35,991 nt of DNA from Nitrospirota bacterium (GTDB lineage: Bacteria > Nitrospirota > Thermodesulfovibrionia > Thermodesulfovibrionales > JdFR-85): positions 1 through 35,991 of the forward strand of contig JAADGU010000011.1 in assembly GCA_013152195.1 (NCBI GenBank). The letters are read 5' to 3'. Below, piece after piece: positions 9,272 to 17,531 of the stretch; the first letter of the stretch is position 1, and each line of letters opens with the position of its first letter. The notes beneath the pieces were generated by a model. It was not told the origin of the DNA and made no database searches. It saw nothing but the letters and a program-made list of their open reading frames with translations. A program made the position numbers and the translations under genes.

Positions 9272-10250
9272 TTAGTTCCTCCTCTCCCTTGCCGGCAATA
9301 ATAATTTTGCCTTCCTCTTCCAGTTTCCGTGCCACCTTGACGATGTTCTGCTGAGCTGTTTCAACATCCGAGACCCTTACAGGTCCCATGGATTCGCTTT
9401 CCTCCTTAAGTATCTGCACTGCCCGTTTGGACATGTTTCTGAATATCTTGTCTTTAAGTTCATCTGATGCAGTCTTCAGTGCGAGGGCAAGGTCGTTTGT
9501 GCTGATCTCCTTAAGTATCGCCTGCATGCCCCTGTCATCAATCGAGGCAAGGTCATCAAACACGAACATCAGGGACCTTATGGATTCAGCCCTTGAAGGT
9601 TCCTGTTCTTCTATGAGTTCCAGAATCGTCTGTTCAGTTTCCTTGGTGGTATTATTGAGGATATCGGCTACTGTTTTTACCCCGTCAACCTTTCTCCCCC
9701 TTGATTCACCAATGCTGAGCTGTGTCTTCAAAACCTCTTCGATCTCCTTTAAGGCCTCTTCAGGGATTTTTTCAAGGTTTGCGATCCTCATTGCAACATC
9801 ACCCTTAAGGTGCTCCGGCAATTCTGAAAGCACCTCAGCCGACTTTTTTGGTTCAAGCAGTGACAGTACAAAGGCCGTAGTCTGGGGATGTTCACCGGAG
9901 AGAAACTTCACAATAAGGCGCGTATCTACAGTATTGAGTTTCTCTATGGGATTTGAACGTCGGGCTGATTCAATGAGCTCTTTTGCATTTTCATCACCCA
10001 ACCCCCTGTAAAGGATTCTTTTTACGTAATCCTCTCCTCCCATGGCGACAGTCCCTTTATCAATGCTCTTCTTTATCTCATCAAGCACTGCCTGCATCTC
10101 TTCTTCTTTCAGGGTTTTTAACTCTGAAAGTGCAGAGGTTATTTTCTCAATAGTCTCCTTGTCGAGCGCCTTGAGTATCTCGGACGCTGTTTCCTCTCCA
10201 ACGTAGCTGAGCATGATCGCTGCCTTTTCATGTCCTTTCAGTGCAGGCAA
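9264..10250 (-). CDS. fliG: Flagellar motor switch protein FliG
   Basis: EKAAIML, EHPQT, MFVFDDL, NMSKRA, GPVRVSDVE motifs; TTG start. Confidence 0.97.
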   Translation of the reverse strand: MPALKGHEKAAIMLSYVGEETASEILKALDKETIEKITSALSELKTLKEEEMQAVLDEIKKSIDKGTVAMGGEDYVKRILYRGLGDENAKELIESARRSNPIEKLNTVDTRLIVKFLSGEHPQTTAFVLSLLEPKKSAEVLSELPEHLKGDVAMRIANLEKIPEEALKEIEEVLKTQLSIGESRGRKVDGVKTVADILNNTTKETEQTILELIEEQEPSRAESIRSLMFVFDDLASIDDRGMQAILKEISTNDLALALKTASDELKDKIFRNMSKRAVQILKEESESMGPVRVSDVETAQQNIVKVARKLEEEGKIIIAGKGEEELIV

Positions 10251-11768
10251 TTATTTGTCTCCGGTCCATTTTTTTATTAGCGTTGCAGCCTGTTTGGGGT
10301 TGTTTCTGGCCCATTCAACTATCTCGTCCCGGGGTATCTCCCTGGGTGCAGGTTTCCCCTCAAGTTCCGTCGTGAGTGTCTGTGGGGCGGGTGATGCAGG
10401 CGGAGTGGTTTGCTGTTTGAGATAGGCAAGCAGGGGTCTTATGAGGAAGAGTAAGACAAGAACCGACAATATCAGTATTGTGCCATAACGTGCTGCCGGT
10501 ATAATGTATTTTGTATAATCCACCTGTTCCGGGGTTTCGATGACCTCCGGTTGTGCATGAAAGGGCATATTTATAACCTTTACCTCGTCACCCCTCTCCT
10601 CTGAATATCCCACGGCCTTCTTGATAATCTCTTCGTAACTCTTCAGATCTTCTTCTGTCCGGGCCACATACTTCATCTCCCCTGATTTCTCGTCCTTCAG
10701 GTATGTCCCGTCAATCAGGACTGCAACTGTCAGGCGTTTTATTGTGCCCGTGGGCTTTATAACATGACTTACTGTCTTGCTGATTTCGTAGTTTACTGTT
10801 TCCGTCTGTTTTCTCAATCCTGTTTTGTTGGCAGCGGACCTGCCAACACTTTTGTTGGGCATGTTTGACTGAACCCCCGGCACCCCGGCAACCATCCCTC
10901 CGGTCTTCTGTTCCGTTAATTTTTGCTGACTTCTGACAACCTGTCCATCAGGGTCATAAGTCTCCTGAGTCTCTTCCGTCCTTGTAAAGTCTATGCTCAT
11001 GCTCGCCTTTGCCTTTACCTTGTCCTTGCCCACAACAGGTTCGATGATGCTGATAATCCTCTTCTCTATGTCCAGCTCAAGCCCCTTTTGGTAATCACGC
11101 TGGGTGTTGTTGAGCTGCAGGCTTTCGTCCTCCTCAATAGTGAGGACGTTGCCCCTGTTGTCCACAATAGTTACGTTGTTCGGGGTGAGTGATTCCACGC
11201 TGCCTGAAACAAGGTGGACAATTCCCCGAATCTGGGACCTGCTCAGCGTTACACCGGGACGGAGTTTGAGGAGGACAGATGCCTTTGGTTTCTCGTCGGT
11301 GCTGGTAAATATCGACCTTTCCGGCATGGAGAGGTGCACCCTGCAGTCAGAGACCTCCTGCAGAGACCTTATGGTCCTTGAAAGCTCTCCCTGCAAGGCC
11401 CTTTTCAGATTCACCTTCTGGACAAATTCGGTTGTGCCGAGACCTGTTTTATCGAATATCTCGTATCCCATGCTTCCACCCTGAGGTAACCCCATGGCAG
11501 CGAGCTGGATTCTCAGTTCATAAACCTTGTCGGAGGGTACAAGGATGCCTGAGGGAGTTGTTTTGTAAGGGATCTTCATTTCCTTTAGTTTCTGCACCAT
11601 GAGTCCTGCATCCTCTGCCCGGAGGTTTGAATAAAGCACCTGGTAATCCGGTTTTTGTGCCCATGTGATCAGGAGTACTATTGAGGCAATAGTAAGGACA
11701 AGGAGGATGGATAATGTAATCTTCCTCTTTGTATCCCACTTGTTGACGATATCCAGTATGTTTGCCAT
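10251..11768 (-). CDS. fliF: Flagellar M-ring protein FliF
   Basis: Two TM segments, GYEIFD..G.TEF.Q.VN..RALQGEL.RTI, ASVLL, GVPGVQSN, NYEISK. Confidence 0.97.
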   Translation of the reverse strand: MANILDIVNKWDTKRKITLSILLVLTIASIVLLITWAQKPDYQVLYSNLRAEDAGLMVQKLKEMKIPYKTTPSGILVPSDKVYELRIQLAAMGLPQGGSMGYEIFDKTGLGTTEFVQKVNLKRALQGELSRTIRSLQEVSDCRVHLSMPERSIFTSTDEKPKASVLLKLRPGVTLSRSQIRGIVHLVSGSVESLTPNNVTIVDNRGNVLTIEEDESLQLNNTQRDYQKGLELDIEKRIISIIEPVVGKDKVKAKASMSIDFTRTEETQETYDPDGQVVRSQQKLTEQKTGGMVAGVPGVQSNMPNKSVGRSAANKTGLRKQTETVNYEISKTVSHVIKPTGTIKRLTVAVLIDGTYLKDEKSGEMKYVARTEEDLKSYEEIIKKAVGYSEERGDEVKVINMPFHAQPEVIETPEQVDYTKYIIPAARYGTILILSVLVLLFLIRPLLAYLKQQTTPPASPAPQTLTTELEGKPAPREIPRDEIVEWARNNPKQAATLIKKWTGDK

Positions 11769-11773
11769 GGATT

Positions 11774-12085
11774 TCAGACCTGCATTCTCATTATCTCTTC
11801 ATAGGCTGTCACAAGTTTGTTCCTCACCTCGATCATTACCTGAAAAGAGAGATCAGCCTTTTGCATGGCAACCATGGTTTCGACTATGTCTCCTCCGCCA
11901 TTGCCGATCTCTGCAATTGCCTTCTCTGTCTCTTTCTGCAGGGACGCCACCTTACCTATGGTCTCATCAAGAAGGACTTCAAAGCTTCCGCCGGTCTTGT
12001 CCTCGCCGGAAGGTTTAAGGTTTCCTGCTATATTACCTATTCCTTCTGCCCCCGGGGGGCTTCCGTTGACTGGATTAATCGACAT
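11774..12085 (-). CDS. fliE: Flagellar hook-basal body protein FliE
   Basis: MVAMQKADLSFQVMIEVRNKLVTAYEEIMRMQV. Confidence 0.96.
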   Translation of the reverse strand: MSINPVNGSPPGAEGIGNIAGNLKPSGEDKTGGSFEVLLDETIGKVASLQKETEKAIAEIGNGGGDIVETMVAMQKADLSFQVMIEVRNKLVTAYEEIMRMQV

Positions 12086-12122
12086 TCTTTATACCTCCTG
12101 ATTCATCATTCATTTTAGCTGT

Positions 12123-12530
12123 TTACCTCCCCAGTTCAAGTGCCTTAAGATACATTGATTTTGTTATGTTGAAGGCATTTACATTAGCTTCATACACCCT
12201 CGTTGCCATCATCATATTAACCATCTCCTCAATCAGGTTTATATCAGGCACAAGTACATAGCCCTTATCATCTGCATCAGGGTGGCTGGGGTCGTAAACT
12301 GCCTTGGGCGGCTTGTTGGAGGTCACAATATCGGCTATCCCGACACCTTCGAGCCGTTCATTTTCATCAAGCATATAGGAGCTGAAAACAACATCCCTTC
12401 GTTTGTAAGGACCACCTTCGGGTGTCCTCGTGGTGTTTATGTTTGCCATGTTGGAGGCAATGGTGTTCATCCTCTTCTTCTGTGCAACGAGTGCAGATGC
12501 ACTCACATCAAATGCCATCAGGATATTCAT
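12123..12530 (-). CDS. flgC: Flagellar basal-body rod protein FlgC
   Basis: SASALVAQKKRMNTIASNMANINTT, YDPSHPDAD..GYV, YEAN. Confidence 0.97.
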   Translation of the reverse strand: MNILMAFDVSASALVAQKKRMNTIASNMANINTTRTPEGGPYKRRDVVFSSYMLDENERLEGVGIADIVTSNKPPKAVYDPSHPDADDKGYVLVPDINLIEEMVNMMMATRVYEANVNAFNITKSMYLKALELGR

Positions 12531-12533
12531 GTG

Positions 12534-12902
12534 CTACCTCCCGCTAATCAGATTTCTATACGCTTTAAACCTGTTATTGATAAGTCTCAGGGTCGTCTGG
12601 TAAAGGAGTGCGTTTTCAGTAATCTTGGCCATCTCAACATCCTCCTCAACATTATTTCCATCAAGCCATGGAGATTCGGTGTCCATTTCAACCTCAATAT
12701 TCCCACTGATTTCAAGTGCCCTGATATGGGTGGGAGATGTGTTTTTAAGCCTGAGCCTCTCCTCTTCAAAAACGGACTCGAATTTTATGTCCTTTGCCCT
12801 GTACTGTGGCGTGTCGCTGTTTGCGAGATTGCTCAGAAGGAGACTGTGTCTCTGCATGGTGAACTTTATCATCTCCTCAAGCCGCTTAAGTGTAAAGTCC
12901 AT
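12534..12902 (-). CDS. flgB: Flagellar basal-body rod protein FlgB
   Basis: SNLANSDTPQYRAKDI.F and DGNNV...EM; AGGAGG ribosome-binding site. Confidence 0.96.
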   Translation of the reverse strand: MDFTLKRLEEMIKFTMQRHSLLLSNLANSDTPQYRAKDIKFESVFEEERLRLKNTSPTHIRALEISGNIEVEMDTESPWLDGNNVEEDVEMAKITENALLYQTTLRLINNRFKAYRNLISGR

Positions 12903-12950
12903 AATAACCTCCTGTTGTCTTTAACCTGAACTGATTTGACATACAACAAT

Positions 12951-12966
12951 TGCAAGTTTCATGCTA
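12951..12966 (-). promoter_or_regulatory. Probable sigma54 promoter of the flgB operon with a non-canonical -24 element
   Basis: Minus strand TAGCAT-GAAAC-TTGCA: correct spacing and -12 element, but AG instead of GG at -24. Confidence 0.6.
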
Positions 12967-13014
12967 GGGCAACTGTCCATGATTCTACTTTAACCACTGT
13001 GTCAGGGTATAGCT

Positions 13015-13045
13015 GATTTTTGCCTGGGGAGGAAATTTTTTCCTC
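13015..13045. promoter_or_regulatory. Candidate enhancer (UAS) for a sigma54 activator, copy 2
   Basis: GATTTTTGCCTGGGGAGGAAATTTTTTCCTC contains the dyad GGAAA-N3-TTTCC and is 25/31 identical to 6342-6372. Confidence 0.6.
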
Positions 13046-13055
13046 TCTCCGGGGC

Positions 13056-14336
13056 TCAGGCATTAAACCTGTATTCATTCAGTTTGTTTCTTAATGTCCT
13101 GACAGTTATTCCCAGGCACTTTGCTGTCCTGGTCCTGTTTCCGTTGGTTGCCCGGAGTGTCCTGAGAATGAGATCTTTTTCCATTTCCTTGATTGTCTTG
13201 CTGTTCTGTCTGACATTTCTGCTCTTCTCGATCATAAAGTCCCCGCTCTCTATAAGCTCTGAGCGGCTGAGCAGCACTGCCCTCTGGATAATATTCTCCA
13301 GCTCCCTGATATTGCCTCTCCATGCCTGGGTATAGAGAAAATCAAAGGCATCTTCCGAGAAGCCCGAGATATACTTTCCGTATTGAGAGGCATGTTTTTT
13401 CAGAAAGAATTCAGAAAGAATACGCACATCTCCGGGCCGTTCTCTGAGTGGCGGCAGCTCAAGGGGGAAAACACTTATCCTGTAGAAGAGATCTTCCCGG
13501 AAGTTTCCTTTTTCGACCTCTTCGGCAAGGTCCCTGTTTGTAGTTGTTATCACCCTGATATTTATGGGCAGGGGTTTTTTACTGCCAATCCTGTCTATTT
13601 CCCTTTCCTGCAGGACCCTCAGGAGCTTGGCCTGAAGCGGAAGCGACATTTCGCCGATTTCATCAAGCAGGAAGGTGCCCCCGTCAGCTATTTCGAATTT
13701 TCCGGTCTTTTTCTCCAGAGCACCGGTGAAGGCGCCTCTTTCATGACCAAATAGCTCGGATTCAAGCAGGTTCTCGGGTATAGCTGCGCAGTTAACGGCA
13801 ACAAAGTTTTTTCCCCGTCTCAGGCTCTGTCTGTGTATATACCTTGCGAGCAGCTCCTTGCCTGTGCCACTTTCTCCGGTTATGAGGACTGTGGTGTCGG
13901 TCCTCGCCACCTCGTATGCAATCCTGAGTAGTCGTTTCATTGACTCATCACCGGTAAGTATCTCGCCGTTTGCTGGTGCCGGCTCAATGAGTCCGGTTAT
14001 TGCCTGCCTGAGATTATCAAAAGAAAAGGGCTTCATGAGATAGTCCGAGGCTCCGAGTTTCATGCACTCGACTGCGTTTTCAACCGTACCAAATCCCGTG
14101 ATTACAAGGACTGGCAAGGTGCTGGAGAGCTTTCGTACATGTCTGATGAACTCCAGGCCATTCATGCCCGGCATCTTCATGTCCGTTATAAGCAGAGAGC
14201 AATCATTGTTTTTCAGCACCTCTATGCCCTCCGATGCCCTTTCTGCGACCATTACATTGAAGCCAAACCTTTTTACGGCCTCTTCAAGCGCGTTTCTCAT
14301 CTCCGGGTCGTCATCAACAACGACAATGGATTGCAT
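13056..14336 (-). CDS. Sigma54-dependent response regulator (REC-AAA+-Fis HTH), FleR/FlgR/FlrC-like
   Basis: REC domain (VVDDD, ITDMKMP), [39 protein letters not shown]; follows a histidine kinase and precedes flgB. Confidence 0.92.
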   Translation of the reverse strand: MQSIVVVDDDPEMRNALEEAVKRFGFNVMVAERASEGIEVLKNNDCSLLITDMKMPGMNGLEFIRHVRKLSSTLPVLVITGFGTVENAVECMKLGASDYLMKPFSFDNLRQAITGLIEPAPANGEILTGDESMKRLLRIAYEVARTDTTVLITGESGTGKELLARYIHRQSLRRGKNFVAVNCAAIPENLLESELFGHERGAFTGALEKKTGKFEIADGGTFLLDEIGEMSLPLQAKLLRVLQEREIDRIGSKKPLPINIRVITTTNRDLAEEVEKGNFREDLFYRISVFPLELPPLRERPGDVRILSEFFLKKHASQYGKYISGFSEDAFDFLYTQAWRGNIRELENIIQRAVLLSRSELIESGDFMIEKSRNVRQNSKTIKEMEKDLILRTLRATNGNRTRTAKCLGITVRTLRNKLNEYRFNA

Positions 14337-14348
14337 TATCGGCCTCCG

Positions 14349-15233
14349 TTAATAGTTTCGGGGTTTTTGGTGGTTAAATATTTTGAGACATGTGATGCTG
14401 TTTTTTCCGTCTGGCTCCCCTGTACCCTTTCCGCAGGAATCCTTTTGTAAAAAATGCTCCGGAGACAGGACAGATAGTGCGGTCTGCCTGTCTCCGGAGA
14501 TATCGGGGAGGAGGTGCTTATGAGGAAAGTATAATATGAATACACTGCCTGAGCCCGGCAGGCTCTTTGCCCGTATTGTTCCACCGTGGGCCTGCATTAT
14601 CTTCAGGGATATGGAAAGTCCAAGCCCAGTGCCTTCGTCCCTGGTAGTGAAAAAGGGGTCAAAGATTCTCTCTATATCTTCTGAGGTTATTCCACTTCCG
14701 GTGTCGGAGATGTTGAGGTGGAATCCTTTACTGTCTGTTTCTGAATGGATTGTGAGTATTCCGCCAGTTCCCATTGCCTGGACTGCATTGAGCAGGATAT
14801 TGAGAATTACCTGTTTTACGAGTCCTGAATCTCCGTTTATCGAGGTTCTGGATATTTGTTTTTCAACGACAATTCCCCGTGATTCAATGACGGGTTTAAG
14901 CAATGAAAGGGCATCATCTGTTAGTGTCCTTATGTCACAGGGTGTTGTCTTTGGATTTCGGGGCCTGGCAAAGTAGAGCATGTTGGAAAGGGAATTGTTC
15001 AGGTTTCTTACTCCCGTTGAAACACCCATTGCAAGGGATGCCTGGGGGGTATCCTCTATTTCCTTGTATAACATTGATGCATAAAGCTCAATGCTGCACA
15101 GCGGATTCCTTAATTCATGAACGATGCTGGCCATCATCTCTCCCATGGCAATGAGTCTCTTGTTCCTCTCTTTCTCTGCTTCAACCTCTTTTTGGGCGGT
15201 TATGTCCCTCAGCAGGATTACAAATCCTATCAA
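14349..15233 (-). CDS. FleS/FlgS-like histidine kinase, C-terminal part (end of PAS + HisKA + HATPase_c)
   Basis: GEMMASIVHELRNPL (H-box), QVILNILLNAVQAM, DTGSGI, IFDPFFTT, GTGLGL. Begins with a PAS-terminal strand IGFVILLRDIT; its TTG overlaps the TGA of the upstream ORF. Confidence 0.85.
   Translation of the reverse strand: MIGFVILLRDITAQKEVEAEKERNKRLIAMGEMMASIVHELRNPLCSIELYASMLYKEIEDTPQASLAMGVSTGVRNLNNSLSNMLYFARPRNPKTTPCDIRTLTDDALSLLKPVIESRGIVVEKQISRTSINGDSGLVKQVILNILLNAVQAMGTGGILTIHSETDSKGFHLNISDTGSGITSEDIERIFDPFFTTRDEGTGLGLSISLKIMQAHGGTIRAKSLPGSGSVFILYFPHKHLLPDISGDRQTALSVLSPEHFLQKDSCGKGTGEPDGKNSITCLKIFNHQKPRNY
14457..14499. repeat. Strong inverted repeat in the 3' tail of the kinase gene
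   Basis: CTCCGGAGACAGG (14457-14469) and CCTGTCTCCGGAG (14487-14499) are perfect reverse complements. Confidence 0.85.
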
Positions 15234-15646
15234 CCCGTCTCTCCGCCGTTGACCACATCGGAGAGACTGACAAGCAGGTTTTTCCTCTTCCCTCCTGTCT
15301 CTATCTCGATCTCCTGGTTATTCTGATTGATCTGGCTGAAATTATAACCGTATTCATCCGGTCTGTGACCTGTTGATGCTGAGAGGTCTATCATGAGGAG
15401 GTCTTCCGCGGCCCTGTTCATCATCAGTATCTTTCCGTCACTGTCCAGCACAATTATCGCCTCCTTAATTCCCTGAAGGACGGAGTTTAGAAAGCTGAGA
15501 GTCCGCTGAAGTTCTGAGTTTTTTCTCTGTACCTCCTCCGAGAGGTATGTCACCTGCTGCTGGAGATTCTGATAATATTCCCTCAGTGTTTCCGAGGCCA
15601 GGTTAAATGTCATGAATGCTTCGTTCAGTTTTCTAAGTTCTTCCAT
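15230..15646 (-). CDS. FleS/FlgS-like histidine kinase, N-terminal part (coiled coil + incomplete PAS)
   Basis: LNEAFMTFNLASETLREYYQNLQQQV resembles the FleS/FlrB N-terminus, followed by the PAS start AIIVLDSDGKILMMNRAAEDL; frame ends before the last PAS strand. Confidence 0.8.
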   Translation of the reverse strand: MEELRKLNEAFMTFNLASETLREYYQNLQQQVTYLSEEVQRKNSELQRTLSFLNSVLQGIKEAIIVLDSDGKILMMNRAAEDLLMIDLSASTGHRPDEYGYNFSQINQNNQEIEIETGGKRKNLLVSLSDVVNGGETG

Positions 15647-15647
15647 T

Positions 15648-17447
15648 TCACATCTCCAGGATATGTTTTTTTATTTCCTGTTCTTTTATCATCACCTTTG
15701 CCATAGAGCCATAAATTCCCTTTTTTTCTGAGAGGCGCTTTATGAGTGGAGCATTGGCATTGAGCCTGGCAAGCATAAACATTGCCTGTGCATTGTTCGG
15801 GTTAACCTTCAGTGCAAGGTTGAAGTATTTTATGGCCTTTTGTCTCATCCCTTTATCAGTAAGTAATCTCCCTGTTTCTGTGTATTTGAGCGGTACCCCG
15901 GCTGCCCTGGACATGGTTTTGTAGTTTTTAATGAAGGTCATTACAGAAGGTGCTCCTTCCTTTACCCTCCAGAGGAGATCAATGTCGTCATTAACCGGAT
16001 GTGAGATCCTTGTTATCTCGGAAAAGGCGCGGCTTTTCTTTTCTTTGAGATAATAGAGCCATGCCCTTGCCCTGAGGATTTCATCGCTCCCACGATTCAG
16101 TTTTTCAAGATTCGTGACCAGTTCCTCCACCCTTTCAACATCCGAAAGGCGGCTGAAGAAGATTGCGAGCTGGCTCAGGGACTTTGCCCTTATTGTTTTG
16201 GAGCCATTTTCTGTCAGATATGTGTATACCCTGATAAAGTCTCCCCCTGAATTCCTGAGCGCCTCTGCAACGTTAAGGAGGGTATCTTCTCTCGATGGTT
16301 CATAAAGCCATTGTCCGCTGTTGTTCCAGATATCCCTGAAGGCACTTGTATCGTTCTTTATACTCTCGTTTACCAGGGTATCAAGCTCATTCAGTGCCGC
16401 CTTCAGGGGTTTTCTTCCAAACAGTATCTCTCTCAGATATTTCTCTGCCTGCAGGTAATCCTTTCTTTTCCGCATCAATCCGGCGAGTAGTAACAGTGCC
16501 TTTTCCGATTCCGGGGTGTAGGCGTAATCTCTCTGAAGGGTCTTGAGGTATTCAATGGCACGGTCCTTCTGATCAATTGATATCAGTGTCCTGCCAAGAT
16601 TCAGCAGGGCTTGTCTCCTTATTACCCTGTCAGGGGATTCAGATGCCTTCTTGAGGTACATTTCGGCAGATTCCATGTTGTTCCTTGCGTACTCGATTAG
16701 TCCAAGCCCAAGGTAAGCCCTCTCCCTGAGGTAGGTATTCATCAACAGATAAAAGAGAGACTTTGCCTGTTTTGTCTTGCCAATAACCCTCAGGTTTTCT
16801 GCATAGTGGTAAAGGACGTCCGGATGCTTTTCGATATAGTTGTTATAACTTATCAGGCCGGTATTGTAGAGTTCATGAGCAGCGCTGAAGAGTCCAAGCC
16901 GTTGAAATACCTCTGCCTTGCCAAAGATTGCCTCCGGTGTATTACTTACCTTCCTGAAATAGGCAAGTGCCTCCACATAATTACCGGTCTTCAGTGAGGC
17001 CTGCGCATAATTGAGATATGCCTTCTGAATTAGTGTGGATTCAGGATAGAGGTTTATAAAGAGCCTGAAATTTGAAGCAGCTTCATAATGGAATCCGCTC
17101 ATCAGGTATGCCACCCCCCGCTCAAAGAGTGCATCTTCCCTGAGGGTCGTATCCTTTGCTGTTATATAGGCCCTGTTCAGATATCCTATGGCCTTACGGT
17201 GCCTCTTAGCCCCCTCAAGTGCCCTTCCCTTAAGGTAGTAGTAGCGGGGAAGTTCCTTTTCAGAAGGCCTGTATTGAGAGAGCAGTTTCATGGCCTCATA
17301 GTTCCTCCCCTCATCAATTGCCTCAAGAACCTTTTGCAGGGGTTCTGAAGCGTAACTCTCTGTGCAGATAAGGGAGACAGTCAGGACAATGCCTGCAGCA
17401 ACAAACCACTGAAAAATATTTGCCGGGAATATGACGGTTAGTTTCAT
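15648..17447 (-). CDS. Exported TPR-repeat protein of the flagellar regulatory operon
   Basis: Signal-peptide-like N-terminus from ATG 17447 (MKLTV...AAGIVLTVSLICTESYA) and many TPR helices (ALFERG..Y, AYLGLG, ALLNLG). The ORF-track extension to 17501 overlaps a sigma54 promoter. Confidence 0.8.
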   Translation of the reverse strand: MKLTVIFPANIFQWFVAAGIVLTVSLICTESYASEPLQKVLEAIDEGRNYEAMKLLSQYRPSEKELPRYYYLKGRALEGAKRHRKAIGYLNRAYITAKDTTLREDALFERGVAYLMSGFHYEAASNFRLFINLYPESTLIQKAYLNYAQASLKTGNYVEALAYFRKVSNTPEAIFGKAEVFQRLGLFSAAHELYNTGLISYNNYIEKHPDVLYHYAENLRVIGKTKQAKSLFYLLMNTYLRERAYLGLGLIEYARNNMESAEMYLKKASESPDRVIRRQALLNLGRTLISIDQKDRAIEYLKTLQRDYAYTPESEKALLLLAGLMRKRKDYLQAEKYLREILFGRKPLKAALNELDTLVNESIKNDTSAFRDIWNNSGQWLYEPSREDTLLNVAEALRNSGGDFIRVYTYLTENGSKTIRAKSLSQLAIFFSRLSDVERVEELVTNLEKLNRGSDEILRARAWLYYLKEKKSRAFSEITRISHPVNDDIDLLWRVKEGAPSVMTFIKNYKTMSRAAGVPLKYTETGRLLTDKGMRQKAIKYFNLALKVNPNNAQAMFMLARLNANAPLIKRLSEKKGIYGSMAKVMIKEQEIKKHILEM

Positions 17448-17462
17448 TGTGGAGAGAGAAAC

Positions 17463-17478
17463 AGCAACTAATGTGCCA
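17463..17478 (-). promoter_or_regulatory. Sigma54 promoter for the TPR-kinase-regulator operon
   Basis: Minus strand TGGCAC-ATTAG-TTGCT, a perfect consensus match. Confidence 0.9.
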
Positions 17479-17531
17479 GAATGTAACTGTTTGAATATCA
17501 AGGAAAAATCAAAGGCGGGGTCTTCTGGACG

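Noticed and set aside
17448-17501. N-terminal extension of the 617-aa TPR ORF
   Set aside because: It overlaps a perfect sigma54 promoter and would displace the signal peptide.
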